Positions 34,582 through 43,318 of a stretch of DNA of 64,000 nucleotides are shown one piece after another (positions within the stretch are counted from its first letter, which is position 1; every line of letters begins with the position of its first letter). Origin of the DNA: an uncultured Opitutus sp. (GTDB lineage Bacteria > Verrucomicrobiota > Verrucomicrobiia > Opitutales > Opitutaceae); contig CAYZCV010000003.1 in the NCBI GenBank assembly GCA_964476965.1, forward strand, positions 1,184-65,183, read 5' to 3'. The position numbers were made by a program, and so were the translations under genes. Under the pieces are notes generated by a model. The model searched no databases. It saw only the letters and a program-made list of their open reading frames with translations, and was not told where the DNA came from.

Positions 34582-35478
34582 ATGGACACCCCGGCCGCGC
34601 TCGCCTTCGGCACCGCCACCTTCGGACGGGAGGTCGATCTTCCGGTCGCGCACCAGCTGCTCGATCATGCCTTCAGCGCCGGAATCCGGGATCTCGACAC
34701 CGCCGCCCTCTATTCCGCCGGCGCCTCCGAGCGGATCATCGGCGCCTGGATCCGCGCTCACCCTGAACGACGCGCCCACGTGCGGATCGCGACCAAGATT
34801 TATCCGCCGTACACGCCCGAGGCCATCGCGGCCGCGGTCGGAACCGCATTGCAGAATCTGGCGGTCGATCACCTCGACCTGCTTTACCTCCACAAATGGG
34901 ACGCCGCCGCCACCACCGCCGACACGCTGCGCGCCCTGGATGAGCTGCGGCAGCGCGGTCTCGTCCGCGCCATCGGCCTGAGCAATGCCAGCCAAGCCCA
35001 GCTCGCTGCCGCCCTCGCGGTGCAGCAACAACAAGGACTCACCGCGTTCACTTGGCTGCAGAACAATCACAACTTCGCCGTGCGCGCGGCCGGACCCGAG
35101 CTGCGCCGCTTCTGCCGCGCGCAGGGTGTGCAGGTCATCACCTACAGCCCGCTGGGGGCCGGCTTCCTCACGGGCAAGCACACTCGCGGCGTCGAACCCG
35201 GCTCCCGCTTCGCGGTGTCGCCGGCCCATGGTGACATCTACTTCAAACCCGAGTGCTGGGCCCGTCTGGCCTTCCTCGAAGCGACCGCGCGGAAGCACGG
35301 ACTCGACCAGGCCCGGCTCGCCTTCGCCTGGGTGCTGCGCCAGCCCGGACTCGACCGCGTCCTCGTCGGCGCCCGCCGCCCCGATCAGATCGACCAGGCC
35401 CTCGCCGCCCAGCAACTCGACGCCGCGCCAGCCCTGGCCGAGTTGGATGCTTACGTGGACGCGTCGTCCGCCGACTAA
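34582..35478 (+). CDS. Aldo/keto reductase
   Basis: LDTAALYSAG (catalytic-Tyr context), DLLYLHKWD, IGLSN and YSPLGAGFLTGK. Confidence 0.85.
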   Translation: MDTPAALAFGTATFGREVDLPVAHQLLDHAFSAGIRDLDTAALYSAGASERIIGAWIRAHPERRAHVRIATKIYPPYTPEAIAAAVGTALQNLAVDHLDLLYLHKWDAAATTADTLRALDELRQRGLVRAIGLSNASQAQLAAALAVQQQQGLTAFTWLQNNHNFAVRAAGPELRRFCRAQGVQVITYSPLGAGFLTGKHTRGVEPGSRFAVSPAHGDIYFKPECWARLAFLEATARKHGLDQARLAFAWVLRQPGLDRVLVGARRPDQIDQALAAQQLDAAPALAELDAYVDASSAD

Positions 35479-35523
35479 ACCGCTTGCTTCGGCGCCGCCG
35501 GGAATGGGAATCTCCCCGCCAGC

Positions 35524-36456
35524 ATGGCCAAGATTCTCGTCACCGGCGCCGCCGGCTTCATCGGCAGTCACAGCGTGGACCGCCTGCTCGCCCAGGGCCA
35601 TGAGGTGGTGGGCGTCGACAATCTGCGAACCGGCCATCGTCACAATCTCACCGCGGCCCTCGCCGCCGATCGTTTCCGTCTGGTCGAGGCCGACATCACC
35701 GCACCCGACTTCCTCACTCCTTTCGTCAGCCGCGAGCGCCCCGACGCCATCCTCCACCTCGCCGCGCTCGTCAGCGTGCCTGAGAGCTTTGCCCAACCAG
35801 AGTTGAATCAGCGCCTCAATCTTGACGCGACCCGGCTCGTCGCCGAGGCCGCCGCGGCCTGCGAGTCGGTCACGCGCATCGCCTTCGCCTCCAGCGCCGC
35901 GGTCTACGGCACGCACCCCGACCTTCCGCTCCAGGAAAGCGCCCCCACCCGCCCGATCAGCCCGTACGGTGAAGCCAAACGCGCGTCGGAGGATGTTCTC
36001 GCCGCCTGCAGCGGCGCCACACCGCGCATCAGCACCGTCGCCCTGCGCTACTTCAACATCTACGGCCCGCGTCAGGATCCGCGCTCGCCCTACTCCGGGG
36101 TCATCTCCGTCTTTGCCGCCGCCCTCCAGGAACGCCGGTCGCCGATCATCTTCGGCGACGGCGCCCAGACCCGCGACTTCGTGGCGGTCGCGGATGTCGC
36201 CCGCGCCAATGAGCAGGCCCTCACCCGGCCGTTGACCGGTTCCCTCGTCGTCAACATCTGCACCGGCCGCGCGGTCAGTCTCAATCACCTCCTGCAGACA
36301 ATGGGCGCAGCCTTTGGCTTTGCCCCGACGCCGGAATACCGCCCCGCTCGCACCGGGGATATTCGCGATTCCCTTGGCGACCCGGCTCAGGCGCGACAGC
36401 GACTGGGATTCGAGACCGCCCACGACCTGCGGTCCGGCGTCCAAGCGCTCGTCTGA
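35524..36456 (+). CDS. NAD-dependent epimerase/dehydratase (UDP-hexose 4-epimerase-like extended SDR)
   Basis: ILVTGAAGFIGSH, YGEAK (YxxxK), RYFNIYGPRQ. Confidence 0.85.
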   Translation: MAKILVTGAAGFIGSHSVDRLLAQGHEVVGVDNLRTGHRHNLTAALAADRFRLVEADITAPDFLTPFVSRERPDAILHLAALVSVPESFAQPELNQRLNLDATRLVAEAAAACESVTRIAFASSAAVYGTHPDLPLQESAPTRPISPYGEAKRASEDVLAACSGATPRISTVALRYFNIYGPRQDPRSPYSGVISVFAAALQERRSPIIFGDGAQTRDFVAVADVARANEQALTRPLTGSLVVNICTGRAVSLNHLLQTMGAAFGFAPTPEYRPARTGDIRDSLGDPAQARQRLGFETAHDLRSGVQALV

Positions 36457-36461
36457 CCCGC

Positions 36462-36478
36462 GCGACGGCGGCCGTCGC
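36462..36478. terminator. GC-rich hairpin between convergent genes (possible bidirectional terminator)
   Basis: GCGACGGC-G-GCCGTCGC fills the 22-bp gap between the epimerase stop (36456) and the FAD-oxidoreductase stop (36479). No U-tract. Confidence 0.3.
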
Positions 36479-38401
36479 TCACGGCCCGTAGGCCCGCAGC
36501 TCAAGGATGCGCGCGTGGTCGAGGCCGTGGGTGGCCGTCACCGTGACGCGCACCGCCCGCGCCCGGACCACCTCGGGCAATGCATGCACCCGAAGGCGTT
36601 GGTAATTGTCCGAGACCGAAACAGCTTCACGCCAGACCCCGTCGACTTCACACGCGATTCCGTAGGCCCGCACCGTCTCCGGCTGGGGCCGGCCCCAGTG
36701 CATCGTCGCGGTGTATCCGTCCGCCTGCGACAGGGTCAGGATGCGATGCAGGCCGGTATCGAACACCAGCTGGAGTGTCGCCAGCTCCACCGGCGCCTCC
36801 CACCGCACCTCCAACCAGGCGGGCAGGCCGGCCGCGGGATCACTCATCCACCGGTGCAGTCCGGGTTGCGCCCGATCGGGCGGCGCACAGGTCACATGGG
36901 GCGCGCCACCGGTTGCCGTCGCGGGATCCGCGGAGAGCCGTGGGACCCCGGCCAACGGCCTGCCGTGCGTGCTGCGCGTCGGACCCCGGCCCACCGCCGC
37001 CGGCTCGGCCCCCGGTTGGGCGCTCGAGGCCGTAAACGTGGCCGCGGTCCGCACCCGGTCGGCCGGATCGGCATTCACCACGCCCAGCAGGTGGGCATCA
37101 TCCCGCAGCAGCTGCTGCTGCACGGCCTGCATCAGCCCGGGACTATCCGGAACCTGCGCCGGATCCACCCCGGCACGAAGCGCCAGCGCCGCCGCGGTTC
37201 CAACGCCCTGCCCCACCGCGGCACACGTCGCCATCACCCGAGTGGAGGCGAAGGCGATGTGGGTGGCCGAGAGATTGCGCCCCGCGAAAAGCAGGTTCGC
37301 ATGCTGGGCCGAGAGGCAGGACCGCAGCGGGATGTCGTAGAGATACGGCAGGTGGTGCTGGTCGCAAGGCGCCCGCTCCGGCGCGTCCACGCCCTCCGGC
37401 GGATGCGTGTCGATCGGCCAGCCACCGTAGGCAATGGCGTCGGCAAACGGTCGCGACTGGAAGACATCCGCTTCGGTCAGCACGTGCCGCCCGATGAAGC
37501 GGCGACTTTCCCGCTTGCCCGGCACGAAGCCGAACCAGTCGAGCGCCCAGGGCGCGACGTCGAGGCCGGACTCATTCTTGATGTGATTCCACACGCCCAG
37601 CACGATCGCGAGCAGTTCGTCGCGGATCGCCTCGTTGTCCTTGAGCGTGTTCAGACACCCGCCCCACTCGACCCACCAGTAGCCGTACTCGAGGCCGAGA
37701 TCGAAGCCGGGGCGTCCGAAGGGGCGCAGGCGAAAATCCTCCGGCTTGAACCGGCGGACCCACGGCGGCGCGACATAGGGCATGGGCCGGTCATGCTTGC
37801 GCGCCTGAAAGAGGATCGTGGAGCCCAGCGTGCGGCCGTCCGCCGTCGCGGCCCCGAGCACCTCATTGAATTCCTCCCGGGCCTCGCGTCCCTGCCGCCA
37901 CGCCGCTCCCGCTTCGGCGCCGAGGCGGCCGTCGCCGGTGGCATCCACGAAGATGCGGCCGGTGATGCGGAAGTGATCCTCCGTCGAGGCGCGAGTCGCA
38001 CGGATCGCCCCCACGCGCCCGCCCGCCACCTCCGCGCCATCGACCGTGGTGTTCAGAAGCAGGGTCAGGTTGGGTTCGCGCCGGCACTTGTCGTAGAGGA
38101 GCAGGTCCAGCATCGCGGCCGAGCGCTGCGGATTGTGGACCGCCAGATCCAGCCGGATTTCCTCGATCAGGCCGCCCTCGCGCAACTCCGTGGCCAGCAC
38201 CTCACCGCCCCGCAGGCCCGTCGCGCCGACAATGTGCATGCGGATCTCGCTCGACGCATTCCCACCCAGAACCGGGCGATCCTGCACCAGCACGACGCGG
38301 GCCCCGAGCCGGGCGGCGGCCAGCGCGCAGCACACGCCGGACATGCCGCCCCCCGCGATAATGACATCGCCGTCGAGGGATTGGGGCGTGACCGGGCTCA
38401 T
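36479..38401 (-). CDS. FAD-dependent oxidoreductase with a C-terminal discoidin (F5/8 type C)-like domain; no signal peptide
   Basis: Track ORF 36479..38560 trimmed to ATG 38401 (MSPVTPQSLDGDVIIAGGGMSGVCCALAAARLGARVVLVQ, a GxGxxG FAD fold). The last ~130 aa (WLEVRWEAPVELATLQLVFD...VRVTVTATHGLDHARILELRAYG) resemble a discoidin/jelly-roll binding module. Confidence 0.65.
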   Translation of the reverse strand: MSPVTPQSLDGDVIIAGGGMSGVCCALAAARLGARVVLVQDRPVLGGNASSEIRMHIVGATGLRGGEVLATELREGGLIEEIRLDLAVHNPQRSAAMLDLLLYDKCRREPNLTLLLNTTVDGAEVAGGRVGAIRATRASTEDHFRITGRIFVDATGDGRLGAEAGAAWRQGREAREEFNEVLGAATADGRTLGSTILFQARKHDRPMPYVAPPWVRRFKPEDFRLRPFGRPGFDLGLEYGYWWVEWGGCLNTLKDNEAIRDELLAIVLGVWNHIKNESGLDVAPWALDWFGFVPGKRESRRFIGRHVLTEADVFQSRPFADAIAYGGWPIDTHPPEGVDAPERAPCDQHHLPYLYDIPLRSCLSAQHANLLFAGRNLSATHIAFASTRVMATCAAVGQGVGTAAALALRAGVDPAQVPDSPGLMQAVQQQLLRDDAHLLGVVNADPADRVRTAATFTASSAQPGAEPAAVGRGPTRSTHGRPLAGVPRLSADPATATGGAPHVTCAPPDRAQPGLHRWMSDPAAGLPAWLEVRWEAPVELATLQLVFDTGLHRILTLSQADGYTATMHWGRPQPETVRAYGIACEVDGVWREAVSVSDNYQRLRVHALPEVVRARAVRVTVTATHGLDHARILELRAYGP

Positions 38402-38436
38402 CGAAATCAGCGGGAGCGATTCGGGTGGCCCGCGCG

Positions 38437-39201
38437 TCAGGTCGCGCGCGCTGTTGTCAGCGCCTGCTGCAACCCGCCATTCACGCCGCGGAAATCGCTG
38501 AACACATTCAGGAAACGGAAGCCCTTGGCGCGGTAGCCCTTCACCTGGTCGGGCAGGCACGGAATGCCGGCGATCTTGCCATGACGCGCGCAGGCCGCCG
38601 CGACGGCGTCGATGATGGCCACGACCTCCGGCGCGCCGACTTCGCCGAACTTGCCCAGCCCGAGCGTCAGGTCCCCCGGCCCGACAAACAAGACATCCAC
38701 GCCCGGCAGCGCGGCAATCTCGTCGATGTACGGCACCACCTCCGGCTCCTCGATCTGCACGACGAGGAAATTTTCCTGATTCGCCTCCGCAAAATAGGCC
38801 GCCGGCTTGGTCCGGCCGAAATCGGACTCCGGGTGAATCCCATCGTAGCCCCGCCGACCCAGCGGGGGGAACTTCATCATGTCCACCACCGCCCGCACCT
38901 CATCCGGGTGACGCACCCGCGGCAGCATGATGCCGCGCGCGCCGGACTCGAGCAGCGGGAGCAGGTCGGTGTAATTCGACGGCTTCACCCGCACGATCGC
39001 ATCCGCCCCGCCCAGCCGGCAGGCCTGAATCAGGCTGTACAGCGTATCCGGGGCGATGCGCCGGTGCTCCGTGCAGATCCAGATGCCATCCACCCCGCCG
39101 GAGGCCATGAGCTCGACGAGTTCAGGATCCTGATAACAGGCCTTGGCCGTCAGGGCGACCTGACCGGCCGCAAGGACACGTTTGGTCCGGGAGGGATTCA
39201 T
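38437..39201 (-). CDS. HpcH/HpaI-family class-II pyruvate aldolase (second copy)
   Basis: Track ORF 38437..39279 trimmed to ATG 39201 (MNPSRTKRVLAAGQ). DGIWICTEH, VRVK, GIMLPRV, VVQIEE, LFVGPGDL. Confidence 0.85.
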   Translation of the reverse strand: MNPSRTKRVLAAGQVALTAKACYQDPELVELMASGGVDGIWICTEHRRIAPDTLYSLIQACRLGGADAIVRVKPSNYTDLLPLLESGARGIMLPRVRHPDEVRAVVDMMKFPPLGRRGYDGIHPESDFGRTKPAAYFAEANQENFLVVQIEEPEVVPYIDEIAALPGVDVLFVGPGDLTLGLGKFGEVGAPEVVAIIDAVAAACARHGKIAGIPCLPDQVKGYRAKGFRFLNVFSDFRGVNGGLQQALTTARAT

Positions 39202-39408
39202 GGCACGAGGAAAAAAGGGGGGCAGGGCAACCGGGGACCAGGCCCCCGGTTTCGTTGATGAGAACGCGAGAACCCCCAAACGGAAAGCTCCAAAGGCGCA
39301 TTCGCCGCTCGGTGGTTCGTTCGGAGGAACTCCTCCCGCCCGACGACCAGCTTAGGAACTGCCTGAATTCTGTTGCCGAATAGAGGGGTGCGGCTTCGCT
39401 CGGCGAGC

Positions 39409-40518
39409 ATGGATCATCCGAAGCCCCCGGTCGCTCTGGCACCTGTCTGCGCGCAGTTCGCGTTCGCCGGGCGCTTCGTGCACGGGGAGCCCCACGGCAA
39501 CGGGCACATCAATGACACCTTTGTTGTCACCCATGAACACGCGGGTGAGACCCGGCGTTCGATCCTGCAGCGGATCAACACCCATGTGTTTCGCGATGTG
39601 CCCTCGCTCATGGACAATCTCCAGCGCGTGAGCGCCCACGCGGCGCGCAAGACGGCCGACGCCGGGCCAGACGCGATGCGTACGCTGACCGTCATTCCGA
39701 CCCGGGATGGACGCAGCTACTTCGTCGACGCGGCCGGCGGCCCCTGGCGCGCCTACGATTTCGTGGAGGGCGCCACCAGCCACGACCTCCTGCAGGACCC
39801 CGCCCAGGCCCGCGAGGCCGCCCGCGCATTCGGGCACTTCCAGCACCTGCTCGCCGACCTGCCGGCCCCGCGCCTGCACGAGACGATTCCCTCCTTTCAC
39901 CACACCCGCCGGCGCTTCACCGCGCTGGAGCAGGCCATCCAAAGCGATCCGCGCAGACGGGCGACGCTCGTGAGCCGCGAGATCGCCTGGGCCCGGGAGC
40001 GCGAGTCCATGGTCGATCTGCTGATCGGACTCCAGGCCGAGGGCCGACTGCCAGAGCGGATCACCCACAACGACACCAAGCTCAATAATGTCATGCTCGA
40101 CAATCGCACGGGCCGGGCCGCGTGCGTGATCGACCTCGACACCGTCATGCCCGGCCTCGCCCTCTACGACTTCGGGGACATGGTCCGTTCGGCCACCAAC
40201 TCCGCGGCGGAGGACGAGCCGGATCCGGAGCGCGTCCAGATGCGGATGCCGGTCTACACCGCCATCGTGGACGGCTACCTCGCGTCGACCCGGTCGTTCC
40301 TCAACCCGACGGAGATTGACCTGCTGCCCTTCGCCGCGCGCCTGCTGACCTTCGAGAGCTGCCTGCGTTTCCTGACCGACTACCTCAACGGCGACGTCTA
40401 CTTCAAAACCAAGCGGCCCGACCACAATCTCGATCGCTGCCGCAATCAATTCGCCCTGCTGCGCAGCATGGAGGCGCAGTCCACCGCGATGGACGACGTC
40501 CTTCGTCGCTTTCGCTAA
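39409..40518 (+). CDS. nahK: N-acetylhexosamine 1-kinase-like phosphotransferase (APH fold, NahK family)
   Basis: Track ORF trimmed to ATG 39409. Full-length eye alignment to my recollection of Bifidobacterium NahK: GNGHINDTF, ILQRINTHVF, WRAYDF, FHHTRRRF, ITHNDTKLNNVMLD, VIDLDTVMPG, LYDFGD, FLTDYLNGDVYFKTKRPDHNL. Confidence 0.75.
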   Translation: MDHPKPPVALAPVCAQFAFAGRFVHGEPHGNGHINDTFVVTHEHAGETRRSILQRINTHVFRDVPSLMDNLQRVSAHAARKTADAGPDAMRTLTVIPTRDGRSYFVDAAGGPWRAYDFVEGATSHDLLQDPAQAREAARAFGHFQHLLADLPAPRLHETIPSFHHTRRRFTALEQAIQSDPRRRATLVSREIAWARERESMVDLLIGLQAEGRLPERITHNDTKLNNVMLDNRTGRAACVIDLDTVMPGLALYDFGDMVRSATNSAAEDEPDPERVQMRMPVYTAIVDGYLASTRSFLNPTEIDLLPFAARLLTFESCLRFLTDYLNGDVYFKTKRPDHNLDRCRNQFALLRSMEAQSTAMDDVLRRFR

Positions 40519-40535
40519 GCCGATCCTCCCCGACC

Positions 40536-41489
40536 ATGATTCCCGCCCCTGCCATTCAACAGGTCGCCGTGGTCGGCGCCGGGCTGATCGGCTCGAGCTG
40601 GGCGACGCACTTTCTCGCCCGCGGTCTCGACGTCACCGTGACCGATCCGGCGCCCGGCGCGGAGCAACGCCTGCGCGACTACGTCGAGCGCGCCTGGCCG
40701 GTCGTGACCCGTCTTGGCCTCGCCCGCGACGCCTCTCCCACCCGGCTCCGTTTCATGGCCAGCGTGGCCGCCGCGGTCGAGGGCGCCCACTTCGTGCAGG
40801 AGAACGGACCGGAGCGGATCGAGCTCAAGGCGCCCCTTATTCAGGCGATCGACGCGCAGGTGCCGCCGGATGTCCTCATCGCATCGAGCACCTCGGGGCT
40901 GACCGCCAGCGCGCTGCAGGCGGGATGCCGCCACCCGGAGCGCTGCGTGATCGGCCATCCTTTCAACCCGCCGCACCTGATCCCCCTCGTCGAGATCGTG
41001 GGCGGACGCCAGACCTCGCCGGAGGCGGTGGAAGCCGCCCGGGCGTTCTATCTGCACGTCGGCAAGCGCCCGATCATCCTGCACAAGGAACTCCCCGGGC
41101 ACGCCGCCAACCGCCTGCAGGCCGCTGTCTGGCGCGAGGCCGTCCACCTCGTGAATGAGGGCGTCCTCAGCGTGAGCGACGTCGACGCGGCCGTCTCATG
41201 GGGTCCCGGCCTGCGCTGGGGCGTGATGGGCCCGCACCTGATTTTCCACCTCGGGGGCGGTCAGGGTGGAATGGAGCATTTTCTCACGCATCTGTCCGGT
41301 CCCTTCTCCCGCTGGTGGAATGACCTCGGCAAACCCGAGCTCACCCCGGAGCTGCGCGCCGCGCTGATCGCCGGCGTGCAGGCCGAGGCCGCCGGGCGTT
41401 CCATCGCCGAACTCGAGCGGCAACGCGACGATCTCCTGCTCCAGCTAGTCGCCCTCCGCACGCAGGCGGAGCCACCGCCCGCGCCTTAA
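40536..41489 (+). CDS. 3-hydroxyacyl-CoA dehydrogenase-family enzyme (L-carnitine / L-gulonate 3-dehydrogenase-like)
   Basis: VAVVGAGLIGSSWA Rossmann motif, HPFNPPHLIPLVEIVGG and GGGQGGMEHFLTHLSGPF are typical of the free-acid 3-hydroxy acid dehydrogenase branch of the family. Confidence 0.75.
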   Translation: MIPAPAIQQVAVVGAGLIGSSWATHFLARGLDVTVTDPAPGAEQRLRDYVERAWPVVTRLGLARDASPTRLRFMASVAAAVEGAHFVQENGPERIELKAPLIQAIDAQVPPDVLIASSTSGLTASALQAGCRHPERCVIGHPFNPPHLIPLVEIVGGRQTSPEAVEAARAFYLHVGKRPIILHKELPGHAANRLQAAVWREAVHLVNEGVLSVSDVDAAVSWGPGLRWGVMGPHLIFHLGGGQGGMEHFLTHLSGPFSRWWNDLGKPELTPELRAALIAGVQAEAAGRSIAELERQRDDLLLQLVALRTQAEPPPAP

Positions 41490-41513
41490 TCCCGTCGCGA
41501 CCCACGGGGCCGG

Positions 41514-42440
41514 TCAGGGTGTCTTAAGCTGATTTTCCGCCTGCGCCACGATGTCCAGGCCAACGTGGTCGCTCCACGCCGCCAGCAGCCGCCGCGTCAC
41601 CGGTCCCACCTGGCCATCGCCGACGGTGAGCCCGTTGAACCGGGTCGCCGGCATGATGCAGTACGGCGTGCTGGTGAAAAACACCTCGTCTGCCGTCGAG
41701 AGGTCATAGGGCTGCAACGCGCACTCGGAGACCGGCAGATCAAGGGAGCGGGCCAGTCCGATCACCGTGTCCCGGCTGATGCCCGCCAGGCAATTGTCCA
41801 CCGAGGGTGTCCGCAGTTTACCGTCGCTCACCACGAAAAGATTACCGCCCTTGTTCTCCGAAACATTGCCGTGGATATCGAGGATGACGACCTGCGCATC
41901 CGGATCCACCAGCCGCGCTTCCTGGTCCGCCATGGTGTAGAAGAGGCGGCTGCGGTTCTTGATGCGCGCATCCAGCGACTGGGCCGGAATCGCGCGGCTG
42001 AAGGAGGTCACCGCGTGGCAGCCTTGCGCGTAGTACCGCGCCCAGCCGCGCAGGTCCATCGGGCTGTTGAAGATCATCACCGTGGCGGGATTCCGCTGCG
42101 CCGGATTCGGACCGGGCTTGGTCAGGCCGCGCGAGATGTTGTGGACGATCCAGAAGTCATCGGCCGGTCCCAGCAGCGGGCGATTGGCCTCCAGCAGCCG
42201 GAGTGTGACCTCCCGCAGCTCCGCCGGGCTCAGGCCCGGGTCGATGCGGCAGACCTTGAGCGACTTGTAGAGTCGCGTGAGGTGGTCATCGAGACGGAAC
42301 GGCTGGTGGCGGAAGGTGCGGGTCGATTCGGTGATGCAGTCACCGAGCAGGATGGCGCTATCGAAGATCGAGATCCGCGCCGACGATTCGGGCACCAGCT
42401 CGCCCGAGAGGTAGACCACACGTTCAGCGGCAGCACTCAT
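41514..42440 (-). CDS. Class-IV aminotransferase (branched-chain / D-amino-acid aminotransferase fold)
   Basis: ENKGGNLFVVSDGKLRTPSVDNCLAGISRDTV matches the fold-type IV signature (ExGxxNlF...L.TP...L.GItR). Confidence 0.85.
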   Translation of the reverse strand: MSAAAERVVYLSGELVPESSARISIFDSAILLGDCITESTRTFRHQPFRLDDHLTRLYKSLKVCRIDPGLSPAELREVTLRLLEANRPLLGPADDFWIVHNISRGLTKPGPNPAQRNPATVMIFNSPMDLRGWARYYAQGCHAVTSFSRAIPAQSLDARIKNRSRLFYTMADQEARLVDPDAQVVILDIHGNVSENKGGNLFVVSDGKLRTPSVDNCLAGISRDTVIGLARSLDLPVSECALQPYDLSTADEVFFTSTPYCIMPATRFNGLTVGDGQVGPVTRRLLAAWSDHVGLDIVAQAENQLKTP

Positions 42441-42496
42441 CGCAGGGACGGAAAGGGCGCGCGGGAAGATGGAAGAATCAGGGACGTGTCTCCGGA

Positions 42497-43291
42497 CTAG
42501 TTGGCGGTGTAGCCGCCGTCGACCGCGAGATTGGCCCCGGTGATGTAGCGGGCACCCTCGCCCAGCATGAAGATCACGGGTGGGCCAAGATCCTCGTCAT
42601 CCGCCATCCGTCGCAGGTAGGTCTTCCGCTTGTAGCGCTCGACGAATTTTTCCGGCTGCCCGTCATAATAGCCGCCCGGCGAGAGGCAGTTCACCCGCAC
42701 GCCCTTCGGCCCGTAGTACGACGCCAGGTAGCGCGTGAAGTTCAGCATCCCGCCCTTGTGAAAGAAATAGTCCGGCGCCGCATTCATCGCCGTGTCCTCA
42801 TAGAGCGTGAAGTCCGGACCGATCATCCCTTGGATCGAGCCGATGTTGACGATGCTGCCGTGGCCCTGAGCCGCCATGACATCCCCAAAGGCCCGGCTCA
42901 TCAGGAAAAGGCCCGTCGCATTGGTCTTCATCGACGCCTCCCAGCTGGCCACGGGATCCTGCATCTTCTTCATCGGACGGCCGACCGCGTTGTTGACCAG
43001 GCCATCGACGCGACCGAAATCCTTGAGGACGGAATCGCGCAAGGCGTTCACGGAAGATTCCTGGTCCTGGTCGAGCGAACGGACATGGACATCGAAGCCC
43101 CGCTTCCGCTCGGCCTCGGCCACCTTCTGCAGGGCGTCCACATTGCGCGAGGCGAGGACGAGCGTGCTTCCCGCGGCCGCCAGCTGGGCCGCGAGGCCGT
43201 GGCCATAGAGGCCGGCGCCGCCGGTCAGGACGACCACCTTGCCGGAAAGGGAGAAGAAGCGTTGGAGAAAGGAGGGAGAATCAGGATTCAT
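42497..43291 (-). CDS. Short-chain dehydrogenase/reductase (SDR), paralogue of 23755..24543
   Basis: VVLTGGAGLYGHG, YFFHK, NLAVDGG. See the paralogy note at 23755..24543. Confidence 0.85.
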   Translation of the reverse strand: MNPDSPSFLQRFFSLSGKVVVLTGGAGLYGHGLAAQLAAAGSTLVLASRNVDALQKVAEAERKRGFDVHVRSLDQDQESSVNALRDSVLKDFGRVDGLVNNAVGRPMKKMQDPVASWEASMKTNATGLFLMSRAFGDVMAAQGHGSIVNIGSIQGMIGPDFTLYEDTAMNAAPDYFFHKGGMLNFTRYLASYYGPKGVRVNCLSPGGYYDGQPEKFVERYKRKTYLRRMADDEDLGPPVIFMLGEGARYITGANLAVDGGYTAN

Positions 43292-43318
43292 CAGGGAAAG
43301 AAATACGACAGGGTGGCC

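Noticed and set aside
39228-39250. The inverted repeat AACCGGGG-ACCAGGC-CCCCGGTT in the divergent region between the second HpcH aldolase and the NahK-like kinase.
   Set aside because: It is a single 8-bp stem with no second copy in the window and no adjacent regulator gene. It could be an operator or a leader hairpin, but the evidence is too thin to call.
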